DNA of 64,000 bases, taken from Sulfolobales archaeon. Its GTDB lineage: Archaea; Thermoproteota; Thermoprotei_A; Sulfolobales; NBVN01. A model generated the notes under the pieces. The model was not told where the DNA came from and did not search any database. It saw nothing but the letters and a program-made list of their open reading frames with translations. Positions 29,284 through 38,066 of this stretch are shown piece after piece. Position 1 is the stretch's first letter, and each line of letters opens with the position of its first letter. The stretch is from NCBI GenBank assembly GCA_038831135.1, contig JAWBKW010000002.1:27214-91213 (forward strand). The letters run 5' to 3'. The position numbers were made by a program, and so were the translations under genes.

Positions 29284-29333
29284 TCAGACAAATGCCTTAA
29301 CATCATTAACTCAGTTCCGGAGGTACTCATCAC
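29284..29333 (-). ncRNA. candidate C/D box sRNA
   Basis: Minus-strand parse: C GTGATGA, 12-nt gtacctccggaa, D' CTGA, linker gtta, C' ATGATGT, 12-nt taaggcatttgt, D CTGA. This is the textbook 50-nt archaeal architecture. Confidence 0.6.
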
Positions 29334-29435
29334 CTTACCTAGTCAATTATTAAATATGTTCATTTAATTAATATTTTATTTTAATTTATAGAAAGAATAA
29401 CTCAATATTATGCATAATGTTAGGTAAGTAACTCT

Positions 29436-30458
29436 TTAAGTATGTGTTCTGGTGTTATTAACTCGTTTGAAGGCGTCCTTAATAACCTCTTCGAGTCCTA
29501 ATCCGTGGAGAGCGCTTATACAATAGGTCGGCACTTCATTGAATTCTTTTAATATCATCTCTTTAATTGTCTTTATACGTTCTGCATCGGCGCTATCTAT
29601 TTTATTAATAAGAACCATAACTTTATGGCTTCCGAACTCATTAATTATGTTTGAGAGTAATTTAAGTTGGCTTCTTAGACTGTAGTAAGTTTCTAAAGGA
29701 TCTACGAGGAATAATATTAAGTCGGCTAAGTACTTTACTGCTATATATGCTTTTCTCTCTATAGGGTTTAATTCATTAAGAGGTCTATCTAAAATTCCTG
29801 GAGTGTCAACGATCTGGATTTTAACCCCATCTACTACTTTATGGCCTAATATAATATCTTTAGTTGTGAAAGGAAATTGCGATACCTTAGGTTTAGCTGA
29901 AGAAACCTTACCAACGAATGTTGATTTCCCTGTTTGCGGCATGCCAGCAACCACAATCGTCGAAACGTCTTCAAAGCAGGGAGTCTTAGATAGTACAACT
30001 ATGGCTTCTCTTACCCTATTTAACTCCTTGTCAGACCTCCTAATTATTGAGAGTACTCTACCCACATATTCTCTAAATACTTTCTCAACCTCCTCGCTAT
30101 CCAGGGAAGACTTTACCTTAGCTCTGTAATGTTTAAATAACTTATCAATGACTCTGAGCCTCCTACTCAACCTACTAACGAGTTCAGAGTAGTCGTTGAT
30201 ACCTGCTACCTTAACTACTTCTAGGTAGAAATCCTCTAGGGGGGTTTTAGAAAGTACTTCCAGATTAGATATTAATGCCCTCCTAACATAATTATAAATT
30301 TTATCTACCTTAACGATGTACGTGAATACGTGCTTCCTTTTTATCCCTTTAGGGACTCCAATACTTGATGAACATATATTAAGGACGTATTTTCTGACCT
30401 CACCAAAGCTTGGTATACGTATGTTTTTTACTTTCTCTGAAAGACATTCCTGCTCCAA
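29436..30458 (-). CDS. NOG1-family GTPase
   Basis: 340 aa. G1 GMPQTGKST, G2 FPFTT, G3 DTPGILDRP and G4 LINKID. Confidence 0.8.
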   Translation of the reverse strand: MEQECLSEKVKNIRIPSFGEVRKYVLNICSSSIGVPKGIKRKHVFTYIVKVDKIYNYVRRALISNLEVLSKTPLEDFYLEVVKVAGINDYSELVSRLSRRLRVIDKLFKHYRAKVKSSLDSEEVEKVFREYVGRVLSIIRRSDKELNRVREAIVVLSKTPCFEDVSTIVVAGMPQTGKSTFVGKVSSAKPKVSQFPFTTKDIILGHKVVDGVKIQIVDTPGILDRPLNELNPIERKAYIAVKYLADLILFLVDPLETYYSLRSQLKLLSNIINEFGSHKVMVLINKIDSADAERIKTIKEMILKEFNEVPTYCISALHGLGLEEVIKDAFKRVNNTRTHT

Positions 30459-30691
30459 ATAACTTCACCATCTCTTAAGATAGCCACTACTCTATGGAAG
30501 GGTATTATAGCATCCCCAACAATTAATCTATCACTTAATATTTTCACAGCATCCCCTAAAGGATATTCTCTTAAACCATTACTGCTTAATCTATCGATAA
30601 CTACTACTGAATACTTACCTCGATCTGACGCATCTCTCCAGTATATCTTATTTAACTCATTCCTTATGGTGTTGGTCTTCAAATACCGCAT
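30428..30691 (-). CDS. DUF504 / MJ1316-like RNA 2',3'-cyclic-phosphate end recognition domain protein
   Basis: 87 aa. IPFHRVVAILRDGEVIW is the family's C-terminal signature as I recall it. Confidence 0.5.
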   Translation of the reverse strand: MRYLKTNTIRNELNKIYWRDASDRGKYSVVVIDRLSSNGLREYPLGDAVKILSDRLIVGDAIIPFHRVVAILRDGEVIWSRNVFQRK

Positions 30692-30754
30692 CCAACCTAA
30701 CTATGTTACTAAACCTTATATTTCTGAAAAGCATGATTAATTGGTTGGTATTAA

Positions 30755-31360
30755 ATGGCATATAGGGAGATAGGAACTGGTGCTACAGCGGTAGGTCTTA
30801 GAGTTAATGAAGGGGTAGTACTTGCAGCAGAGAAGAGGGTCGTATATGGAGGCTACGTATTGAGTAGGGTGGGGAAGAAAGTTTTCCTCATTAAGGATAG
30901 GTTCGGACTAGCTTGTGCTGGATTATTTGCAGATATTCAGACCATAAGCAGGTTAATGAATGTTGAAATACATAGGTATGAAGTAGAGACTTCCAGAGCT
31001 ATGAATGTTAAAACCGCTGCTAAGTTACTCTCAATTATACTCTATCAGTATAAATACATGCCTTTTCTCTCCGAAGTAATCTTCGGCGGCATAGATGATA
31101 GCGGCCCTCATATATTCATAATGGATCCTTTAGGCTCGCTTATAGAGGATGACTATGCTGCGGTAGGTACAGGTGCACCCGTAGCTATTGGTGTTATAGA
31201 GAGTGAATATAAGAAAGAATCAAGCCTAGAGGATGCTGAGAAATTAGCTATTAAAGCTATCAAAGCAGCGATTTCTAGGGACGCCGTATCAGGCGATGGC
31301 GTAGATGTTGCAGTTATAGCTACGAATAAGTCCTATGAGAAATTTTATCAGGTAGTTTAA
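30755..31360 (+). CDS. psmB: proteasome beta subunit
   Basis: 201 aa. [21 protein letters not shown] ... [10 protein letters not shown] ... GTGAP is the Ntn-hydrolase beta-subunit pattern. Confidence 0.85.
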   Translation: MAYREIGTGATAVGLRVNEGVVLAAEKRVVYGGYVLSRVGKKVFLIKDRFGLACAGLFADIQTISRLMNVEIHRYEVETSRAMNVKTAAKLLSIILYQYKYMPFLSEVIFGGIDDSGPHIFIMDPLGSLIEDDYAAVGTGAPVAIGVIESEYKKESSLEDAEKLAIKAIKAAISRDAVSGDGVDVAVIATNKSYEKFYQVV

Positions 31361-31362
31361 CT

Positions 31363-31998
31363 ACGACTGACTACTTCAGTATTGAGAGAGCTAAGGAAGT
31401 ACAGAAACTATTAGCTAAAAAAGTTGACAGAACCAGTAAATTAGATAAGATTAACAGCGTAGTAGGGCTAGACCTATCATATTCCAAGAATGTAGGTATC
31501 GCTGTAGCGGTCCTCCTCGATTTCCCCCAGCTAAACCTAAGGGAGTACGCAGTTGTTAAGGGGGTTGTAGAAATTCCTTACATACCTGGTTTACTAGCAT
31601 TCAGAGAGGCACCACTCATGGTTAAGGCGTATGAAAAACTCGGTCATGAGGCCGACTTAATCGTTGTAGACGGTCATGGCGTCACTCATCCAAGAGAATT
31701 TGGAGTAGCTTCTCACGTGGGATTAATGCTAGATCGACCAACGATTGGTGTGGCTAAGAATTTATTATACGGTAATATCATAAGAGGATCTGATGGTACA
31801 GAATATATAGTAGTGAACAATAATATTGGGGGATTTATCTACATCAGCTTAGGAAAGAAGCTCTATATTTCAATAGGCCATAAAATATCTATAGAGTCAT
31901 TAAAGTCTATAACTCCTCAGCTTTTTAAATCGCATTACCTACCGGAACCTACTTATATAGCTGATGTAATCTCTAAAAAGTTTAGGAGATCTCAGTGA
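31363..31998 (+). CDS. nfi: endonuclease V
   Basis: The frame is open from 31339. Upstream of the track's first ATG (31618) it encodes FSIERAKEVQKLLAKKV...VVGLDLSY...YIPGLLAFREAPL, the conserved EndoV N-terminal half. No ATG/GTG/TTG lies in frame there. The start shown is a candidate ACG. Confidence 0.75.
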   Translation, partial: TTDYFSIERAKEVQKLLAKKVDRTSKLDKINSVVGLDLSYSKNVGIAVAVLLDFPQLNLREYAVVKGVVEIPYIPGLLAFREAPLMVKAYEKLGHEADLIVVDGHGVTHPREFGVASHVGLMLDRPTIGVAKNLLYGNIIRGSDGTEYIVVNNNIGGFIYISLGKKLYISIGHKISIESLKSITPQLFKSHYLPEPTYIADVISKKFRRSQ

Positions 31999-32402
31999 TA
32001 AGATTAAAAGGGGCAGTCACCTCAGGTAATGGAGTAGGGAAAAAATATGTAAGTATGCCCGTATACAATGGTATACTCACAAATATACTGAAAGCCAAAC
32101 CTTTTGAAGGAACGCTCAACATAGTATTAAACAATTTATGTGTTGAGGAGTTAATATCTCGTTGCGCCCCAAACATAGTTAACGATATCTCTTTCGAGGG
32201 CAACACGTATGGAGGTTTTTACTATTGGAACTGTAGAATAATTAATGAACGTAAGGGGATCTCCGAGGATGTAATTGTTTTAAGACCCTTCAGAACTAGG
32301 AACCCTAAAAACGTTGTGGAATTGATCTCTAGTAAGTATTTGAGGGAGAGATTAATGTTAGAAGATGGTGATGCGGTCCTCCTCGAGTTCTTATGTGGGT
32401 GA
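31995..32402 (+). CDS. ribK: archaeal CTP-dependent riboflavin kinase
   Basis: 135 aa. GAVTSGNGVGKKY and PFEGTLNIVL motifs. Confidence 0.75.
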   Translation: MIRLKGAVTSGNGVGKKYVSMPVYNGILTNILKAKPFEGTLNIVLNNLCVEELISRCAPNIVNDISFEGNTYGGFYYWNCRIINERKGISEDVIVLRPFRTRNPKNVVELISSKYLRERLMLEDGDAVLLEFLCG

Positions 32403-32409
32403 AGTACTA

Positions 32410-32838
32410 ATGATCAATAAATTAAGATTTGAATGCTATCGCTGTCCTCATTGTTGTTTCTTCAAAAGCGAGGATGAGTCACCGATAGTGTTTGAAGATG
32501 AAACCACTGATCTTAGATTAGAAGCTACTAGATTCGGTGTAGAGCTTAAGTTTGTAGACATGGGTGGAGGCCTTTTTAGATGGGTGATAAACGGGTTCTG
32601 CCCTTTTTATAATACCTCAGAACATTATTGTAGTATTCATTCGAAGAAGCCGTTATCCTGCAAAATATATCCTCTACTTCTAAATATAAAGACAGGGAAT
32701 ATACATATATCAACAGCCTGTGAGTGGGTAGTTAGAAACTTAAGTAATTTACTTAATGAAGAGATCAATTTAGAGGAAGTATTTAAAGATGAAGTGAATT
32801 GGATTATAATACTATATAAGAAGTTACTTAGTAGTTGA
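32410..32838 (+). CDS. YkgJ-family zinc/iron-chelating (CxxCxxCC) protein
   Basis: ORF is open from 32365; the likely start is MINKLRFECYRCPHCC. A second Cys cluster is CPFY...CSIH...CKIYP. Confidence 0.55.
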   Translation: MINKLRFECYRCPHCCFFKSEDESPIVFEDETTDLRLEATRFGVELKFVDMGGGLFRWVINGFCPFYNTSEHYCSIHSKKPLSCKIYPLLLNIKTGNIHISTACEWVVRNLSNLLNEEINLEEVFKDEVNWIIILYKKLLSS

Positions 32839-32851
32839 ATTAGGTGCTACA

Positions 32852-33094
32852 ATGCTTCCTGGACATAAGGGTTACATAAAGACTTCAATCCTATATGCTA
32901 CATACGACGAATCTCTTGCCAATGAAATATGCAATACCATCTCATCAAAGTATAAGGTAATTTCCTCTAATAGGAGTAAGGTGGTCAAGGAACTCTATTA
33001 CGTAGAAGTCGAAGGTGATGTTAAGAGAAGTATGGAAGAACTCCTTAGAGATAAAACCATTTGGTATAAGGTTGAGGTCCTTGAGTTTAAATGA
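32852..33094 (+). CDS. hypothetical protein (80 aa)
   Basis: ORF only. Confidence 0.3.
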   Translation: MLPGHKGYIKTSILYATYDESLANEICNTISSKYKVISSNRSKVVKELYYVEVEGDVKRSMEELLRDKTIWYKVEVLEFK

Positions 33095-33105
33095 TGACTC
33101 TAGTC

Positions 33106-33309
33106 TCACGCTTCCTTCTTAAAGAGATTTAAGTCTTTTATCAGCTCAATCATCAACGTTATAACTAAAACCGTTATTGTTAGGATTTTAATCATATATG
33201 ATGCGGAGGTCATCACTATCAAAAATATCCCTAAAAATAATACCAAGTAAAGGATTCTGAAATCCATGGCAGAACCTTTAGGTAATTTTGAGTGGGATAC
33301 CTCTACCAC
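33106..33309 (-). CDS. small two-TM membrane protein (CedA2-like position)
   Basis: 67 aa and almost entirely hydrophobic (FRILYLVLFLGIFLIVMTSASYMIKILTITVLVITLMIELI). Overlaps the upstream gene by 32 nt. Confidence 0.4.
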   Translation of the reverse strand: MVEVSHSKLPKGSAMDFRILYLVLFLGIFLIVMTSASYMIKILTITVLVITLMIELIKDLNLFKKEA

Positions 33310-34699
33310 CTAAGAACCTAGCCAGCGACGCTGAGATCGATAGTAATAACGTCATATATAGTGATGGTAAGAATACCAACGAGAAAATCAATGCCATGCC
33401 TAAGGACACACTGTTTGCTAAGATGGTATTTACGTTTTCCACACTTATAATCCGTTTTTCATTAACTATTGGTTTCTCAAAATAAACTGATTCATATGCG
33501 ATGTCAACGTATGCGGAAGAGTTCATGGAAATCAATTCACAAACGTTTACTTGGATTCCGTACCAGTCGAAATTCTCGGTAAAACTACAATTAGTTTTTT
33601 CTCCATTAATAAATAAATAATGAATTGTGGTTCCTTTAGGATATATAATTAATAACTTAATATTTGAGGCATCAGAATAAGTGTTTAAGGTGAAACCCAC
33701 TTCATCCTCACTCACTTTAATAACGTTAGCTACGGTATTAGCCGGTCGCAATACCAATAACTTACCATATGCCGCAGTTAACACTCCTGGAATTGTTAGG
33801 TTTAAATTACAAACACCCTTAGGGATGCAAACCTCACTACTAATGTTTTCAGGCTGTGTAGCGAAAATGACACCATATAATTCTACCCGAATATCGTAAT
33901 TAAAATCTCTAGGTAGTAGGTCGTACCCGCCTCCTAAATTATACCTTCCCTGATCATCCGTTAGGAGTGTTCCCTCTAACTCGCTATGGGAGTAAAGGTG
34001 AATTACTGCGTTAGGAATAACCATCCCCGAAGAATCTAATACATAACCATATATGCTAGTGGTTTCGGGACTGATATCACTTAGTGATGCCTGAAAATTT
34101 TCGACGAAAGCGGGCATTAAGGGCAACCCTATATAAAAAACTAAAGACATAGCTATTAGGTAAGCCCCTGCGTTCTTACCTATGCGCATAGGTAATGAGT
34201 AAAGTACGACACCTAATACTATTAAGTACCTATAGTAGTTAAGTATAAAGGAACCTAGGAACGCTAGTAACCTCAGGGCTGAGAAAGCAGCTGATAGGTA
34301 ACCAAGTACTATATTAATTGGTGATGAAAGAATTGATGTATAGCTTTTTATTAGTCCCGATATGTAGGTCAGTGCAGAAAACGCTGAAAAAACCATCGCT
34401 ATCCTACTACCTACCCATGTAAAGTAGGCATTCCAATCAGCATTAAGTAAACTCTGCAATAAGTTAGCGAGACCTAATATTAACGTAAAACTTGAAATCA
34501 ATATAGATGTTGAAATACCATCAATTATTAGGTTAGTTCCCCACCTCTTAACGGATTTTAATGGAATAGGTAGTGAGTAAAGAACTACGCCTAAATTATA
34601 AGTTAGTATTGCTAGATCGAAAGCTATCAATAGTAGGTCGTCACCACTCATTGAGATAATCCACCTATGGTTGAGGTGGTGGCGGCATCGGTTGCGCAA
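33278..34699 (-). CDS. polytopic membrane protein with extracellular beta-rich domain (CedA/VirB6-like architecture)
   Basis: Probable start is MSGDD at 34651. It has about six N-terminal TM helices, a soluble region of about 210 aa with a carboxypeptidase-regulatory-like stretch (YGYVLDSSGMVIPNAVIHLYS...LLTDDQGRYNL), and a C-terminal TM anchor. Confidence 0.5.
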   Translation of the reverse strand: MRNRCRHHLNHRWIISMSGDDLLLIAFDLAILTYNLGVVLYSLPIPLKSVKRWGTNLIIDGISTSILISSFTLILGLANLLQSLLNADWNAYFTWVGSRIAMVFSAFSALTYISGLIKSYTSILSSPINIVLGYLSAAFSALRLLAFLGSFILNYYRYLIVLGVVLYSLPMRIGKNAGAYLIAMSLVFYIGLPLMPAFVENFQASLSDISPETTSIYGYVLDSSGMVIPNAVIHLYSHSELEGTLLTDDQGRYNLGGGYDLLPRDFNYDIRVELYGVIFATQPENISSEVCIPKGVCNLNLTIPGVLTAAYGKLLVLRPANTVANVIKVSEDEVGFTLNTYSDASNIKLLIIYPKGTTIHYLFINGEKTNCSFTENFDWYGIQVNVCELISMNSSAYVDIAYESVYFEKPIVNEKRIISVENVNTILANSVSLGMALIFSLVFLPSLYMTLLLSISASLARFLGGRGIPLKIT

Positions 34700-34928
34700 T
34701 ATTTGAGGTTATATACGAAATTAGTGAGAATATCGAACTACCTAAGGCCAACCAAAACGCCGCCATAATAGCGTCCTCTATTAAAGATTGTCCAGTCCGC
34801 TTCAATCTATAGAAAGGTATAGGCGAACCCTTCAATGCCCAACCAACAAACCAAGCTAGTAAGAAAATAAACCATGCAATAGCTACTACCTGAACCGTTA
34901 AATCTCTTACGAAATCAGCTATATTCAT
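34665..34928 (-). CDS. small two-helix membrane protein (CedA1/VirB2-like architecture)
   Basis: 87 aa. Two hydrophobic helices are joined by a basic loop (KGSPIPFYRLKRTG), followed by a Pro-rich tail PMPPPPQP. Confidence 0.45.
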   Translation of the reverse strand: MNIADFVRDLTVQVVAIAWFIFLLAWFVGWALKGSPIPFYRLKRTGQSLIEDAIMAAFWLALGSSIFSLISYITSNIAQPMPPPPQP

Positions 34929-35237
34929 CTATCTCCCTAAAACCTAAATAACTTATAAAGTGTTCATTAGCTGATAATCGGGGCTTAGTTTCGATGACGG
35001 CTTAACGATTCAGTATTGCTAATTTAATTTCTATTTACGCTTCATCAATAATTATAGCGGTCGTAACTTTAAGGGCTCTGCGAAGCATATAATCGATCAT
35101 TTTTCCTAAGTAATTCCACAAGCATGTTTTACAAACATCATGTTTTGTTGGAAGTCCTTTCCTAAGCGTGGGGGAAATCTAGCGGGGTTAAATTTAAAAG
35201 GTTTAAGTCCCTCATAACTAGAGGGGTTGGAGGGCTA

Positions 35238-35636
35238 ATGATGGGGGTACATACTCTATTAAAATATGAAGGGGTGCAGTCTTCCTACAAAGTAATTGGT
35301 AAGCACGTCTACGGTAATTTATATGAGTGCGACCCAAATCTTTTATCCGATAGTGAGTACTTAACAGATGTTGTTGTTGGAGCAGCTAAAGAGGGTAATA
35401 TGACCTTATTAGATGTTAAGTGCTGGAAGATAGAACCGGGCGTAAGTGTAGTTGCAATAATTCTAGAGTCACATATAACCATACATACATGGCCTGAATA
35501 CAACTTCGCAACGGTTGACGTCTATTCCTGCGGCCTACACACAGACCCTGAAGTCGCCTTCAAATATATTGTGAAGGCATTAAAAGCAGAAAGATGTGAG
35601 TATAAGGTCGTTGATAGATCTCTGCATCAAACATAA
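35238..35636 (+). CDS. speH: pyruvoyl-dependent S-adenosylmethionine decarboxylase family proenzyme (AdoMetDC or crenarchaeal arginine decarboxylase paralog)
   Basis: 132 aa. [12 protein letters not shown] and the self-cleavage region [13 protein letters not shown]. Confidence 0.8.
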   Translation: MMGVHTLLKYEGVQSSYKVIGKHVYGNLYECDPNLLSDSEYLTDVVVGAAKEGNMTLLDVKCWKIEPGVSVVAIILESHITIHTWPEYNFATVDVYSCGLHTDPEVAFKYIVKALKAERCEYKVVDRSLHQT

Positions 35637-35796
35637 TTAAATTTATTTTCATGCTCACTATAAATGATGTTATTAATGTAAGAGTTTATTAACCTCAAAA
35701 TAAATCTTACTTAGGGAGGGTCTGTAAGGGAGTGATAGGAAGGCCCTCCAACCCCGCGGTGATTGGGGTTTATCCTAATTAGCGTCCCCAACACCG

Positions 35797-36894
35797 CTAC
35801 ATCTTCTCTATCTCATTTCTCACGCTCTTTAGGAATCTTAAGGCTACTTCATTATTGCCGTAGGTTGATATATAGTATCCATTGCTTAAATCTTTAACTC
35901 CCTCTAAAATCTCTTTAAACATTACCTCATTTGCAGTTATGAAATCATTTGTTCTTAAAAGATTTATTATTCGTTCCCTTTCAGAACTACTTAAATTAAT
36001 CCCTAAATTACTTAAGGAATTTAATTTTCCAATACTATCAATAACTGCGTAAGTAATCACTAACTTAACATCTACATTATATGTTTTTAGTAACTTCACG
36101 AATTGTTTAAACCTATTAACGTCGTAGATAGGTTGCGTTACAATAAACTCAGCCCCAGCTCTCAATTTCCTTACACACCTCAACACTTCAAGTTCTAAGT
36201 AATTACTGTATTGATTTACTGCCACACCTATGTGAGCTGGCTTACTTCCTAGATTAACCTTTTTGCCGTTATGGTCAATACCTAAATCACTCAATAATCT
36301 AGATAAGTACACTAATTGCGTAGAATCTAATTCAAAGAAAGCCTTCACATCGTTTCTGGGCCAATCACCAGTTATGAAGATATAGTTACGTATGTTGCAG
36401 TTTAATGAAGTAATTAAGTACGGAATAAATTCCTCCACACGTTTATTACGTGATGCTATATTTATTATTACATCAGAGTTCATTATGTTGTTCTTAATTA
36501 GTAGTGCTAGAGCAAGCTGATCATACGTTCTCAACCCCATCGGCGAATCTACTATGGTATAAGCGTCTACGTAAGGCGATAATCTACCCAATAAATCAAT
36601 TAATTTAGGTATGTCTTGATTATTAGGTTGGCTGAAGACCTCATACGCTACTGCCTTACCCTTACTCAGCAGGCTCATAAATTTTGAGAGATCCCTCCTA
36701 GGTGGTGGGTAGTAATCCCTTAATTTAAAATAAGGCCTTAGGTTTACCTTAGTAAATACATCATAGCGTTTGTTAGGGGAGCCTATCTTACTGTATATTT
36801 TAACCCATACGCATTCCCCTGATACCTCGCATTGAGTATCCCTATATCCACCGCAGGGGCCGTTCAACATGTTCTTAAAACAGCCGCCCACCAT
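35797..36894 (-). CDS. methylenetetrahydrofolate reductase-like protein with N-terminal GPCGG zinc module
   Basis: 365 aa. N-terminal LNGPCGG...C..C. MTHFR-like core: IASRNKR, IFITGDWP and KLRAGAEFIVTQPIYD. Confidence 0.6.
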   Translation of the reverse strand: MVGGCFKNMLNGPCGGYRDTQCEVSGECVWVKIYSKIGSPNKRYDVFTKVNLRPYFKLRDYYPPPRRDLSKFMSLLSKGKAVAYEVFSQPNNQDIPKLIDLLGRLSPYVDAYTIVDSPMGLRTYDQLALALLIKNNIMNSDVIINIASRNKRVEEFIPYLITSLNCNIRNYIFITGDWPRNDVKAFFELDSTQLVYLSRLLSDLGIDHNGKKVNLGSKPAHIGVAVNQYSNYLELEVLRCVRKLRAGAEFIVTQPIYDVNRFKQFVKLLKTYNVDVKLVITYAVIDSIGKLNSLSNLGINLSSSERERIINLLRTNDFITANEVMFKEILEGVKDLSNGYYISTYGNNEVALRFLKSVRNEIEKM

Positions 36895-36941
36895 TCATTC
36901 CTAATCGTAGTAAAATGCTTAAAGTATTAAAATATTAGTAA

Positions 36942-38066
36942 TTGACGGTTAAGATGAGGATTGGTGTAGTAGGAGGCGGTATTGGAGGGTTACTCGCTGG
37001 TGTTAAGATCTCTGACTCATGCGATGTAGATTTGTATGAGGAGCATTACTCGGTAGGATATCCTAAACACTGTACTGGATTAATCAGTGAGAGGGTCCTT
37101 AACTACTTAGGTAGTGAGGTCAGGAACTACGTACTAAACAGTTTCGATAATTATGTTCTTATTCATACGCTGAGGCCTGCTAAAGAGTTGAGGCTTAAGT
37201 TTAGGGACACTATTCACTTGATTGACAGACCCGCAACTGAGAAGTACTTAAGCGAAGAGTTTCAAGGCCGTAGAGGTTCACTGAAGTTAGGTTTAAAGGT
37301 CAACTCAATAAATTCGGAGACTACTTCATTGATTGTAGGGGATGGATCAACTCTTAAATATGATGTTATAATCGTTGCTGAAGGTGCCAGGGCAATATTA
37401 ACGAAGTCTCTAGGGATGTGTAGTAACGTAACCTACCTTGTAGGGATACAGTCGCTTATCAAGCTTAATAACGATCTAGACAGTCCTTACGTTTTTTTCG
37501 GTGACGATATCAGTCATGAATTCTTTGGGTGGGCTGTCCCCGCAAACGGTAAAGAATTAATTGTTGGATTCGCAGACCGTTACGTAAGTTATTCAAGATT
37601 AAATCACTTAATAAAAACTTACCTAATTAGGAAATTAGGGATTAATGAGTTAACAATTAAGGAGGTCTTCGGTGGGTTAATACCTATATCAAAACCATGT
37701 AAACAAACCTTAGGTAGTATTATAGGTATCGGTGACGCTGTTTCTGTGGTGAAGCCCTTAAGTGGTGGTGGTGTATACGGTATCGCTAATCAGGTAAAAG
37801 TATTGAAGGAATCGCTGAGTAGTGATTCACTCGAACTTGTATTTGAGAGGTATAATAAGGGATTAATAAACTTAATAACGACTCTTAAGATACAGCACAT
37901 ACTTAGGAGATTTATTAGTAAGAGATTTAATAGTTTAAGTAATTTTGTCATGAAGCTTATAGATTCTGGGATTAACGAAATCACAATATCGAATTACGAT
38001 AAATATGTACCTAACTTATTGGACCTTAGAAATAATCTCAAAATTTTTAGCTCCTTCATTATATAG
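36942..38066 (+). CDS. FAD-dependent oxidoreductase, geranylgeranyl reductase family
   Basis: 374 aa. Dinucleotide fold MRIGVVGGGIGGLLAG and GDA motif IIGIGDAVSVVKPLSGGG. Confidence 0.65.
   Translation: MTVKMRIGVVGGGIGGLLAGVKISDSCDVDLYEEHYSVGYPKHCTGLISERVLNYLGSEVRNYVLNSFDNYVLIHTLRPAKELRLKFRDTIHLIDRPATEKYLSEEFQGRRGSLKLGLKVNSINSETTSLIVGDGSTLKYDVIIVAEGARAILTKSLGMCSNVTYLVGIQSLIKLNNDLDSPYVFFGDDISHEFFGWAVPANGKELIVGFADRYVSYSRLNHLIKTYLIRKLGINELTIKEVFGGLIPISKPCKQTLGSIIGIGDAVSVVKPLSGGGVYGIANQVKVLKESLSSDSLELVFERYNKGLINLITTLKIQHILRRFISKRFNSLSNFVMKLIDSGINEITISNYDKYVPNLLDLRNNLKIFSSFII

Noticed and set aside
34929-35237. 309-bp speH upstream region with a small palindrome (atgttt tac aaacat) and a repeated catgtttt, considered as a riboswitch-like leader.
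   Set aside because: It has no extended conserved-looking structure and is AT-rich. No archaeal SAM or polyamine riboswitch that I know of matches it. It is probably just promoter and 5' region.
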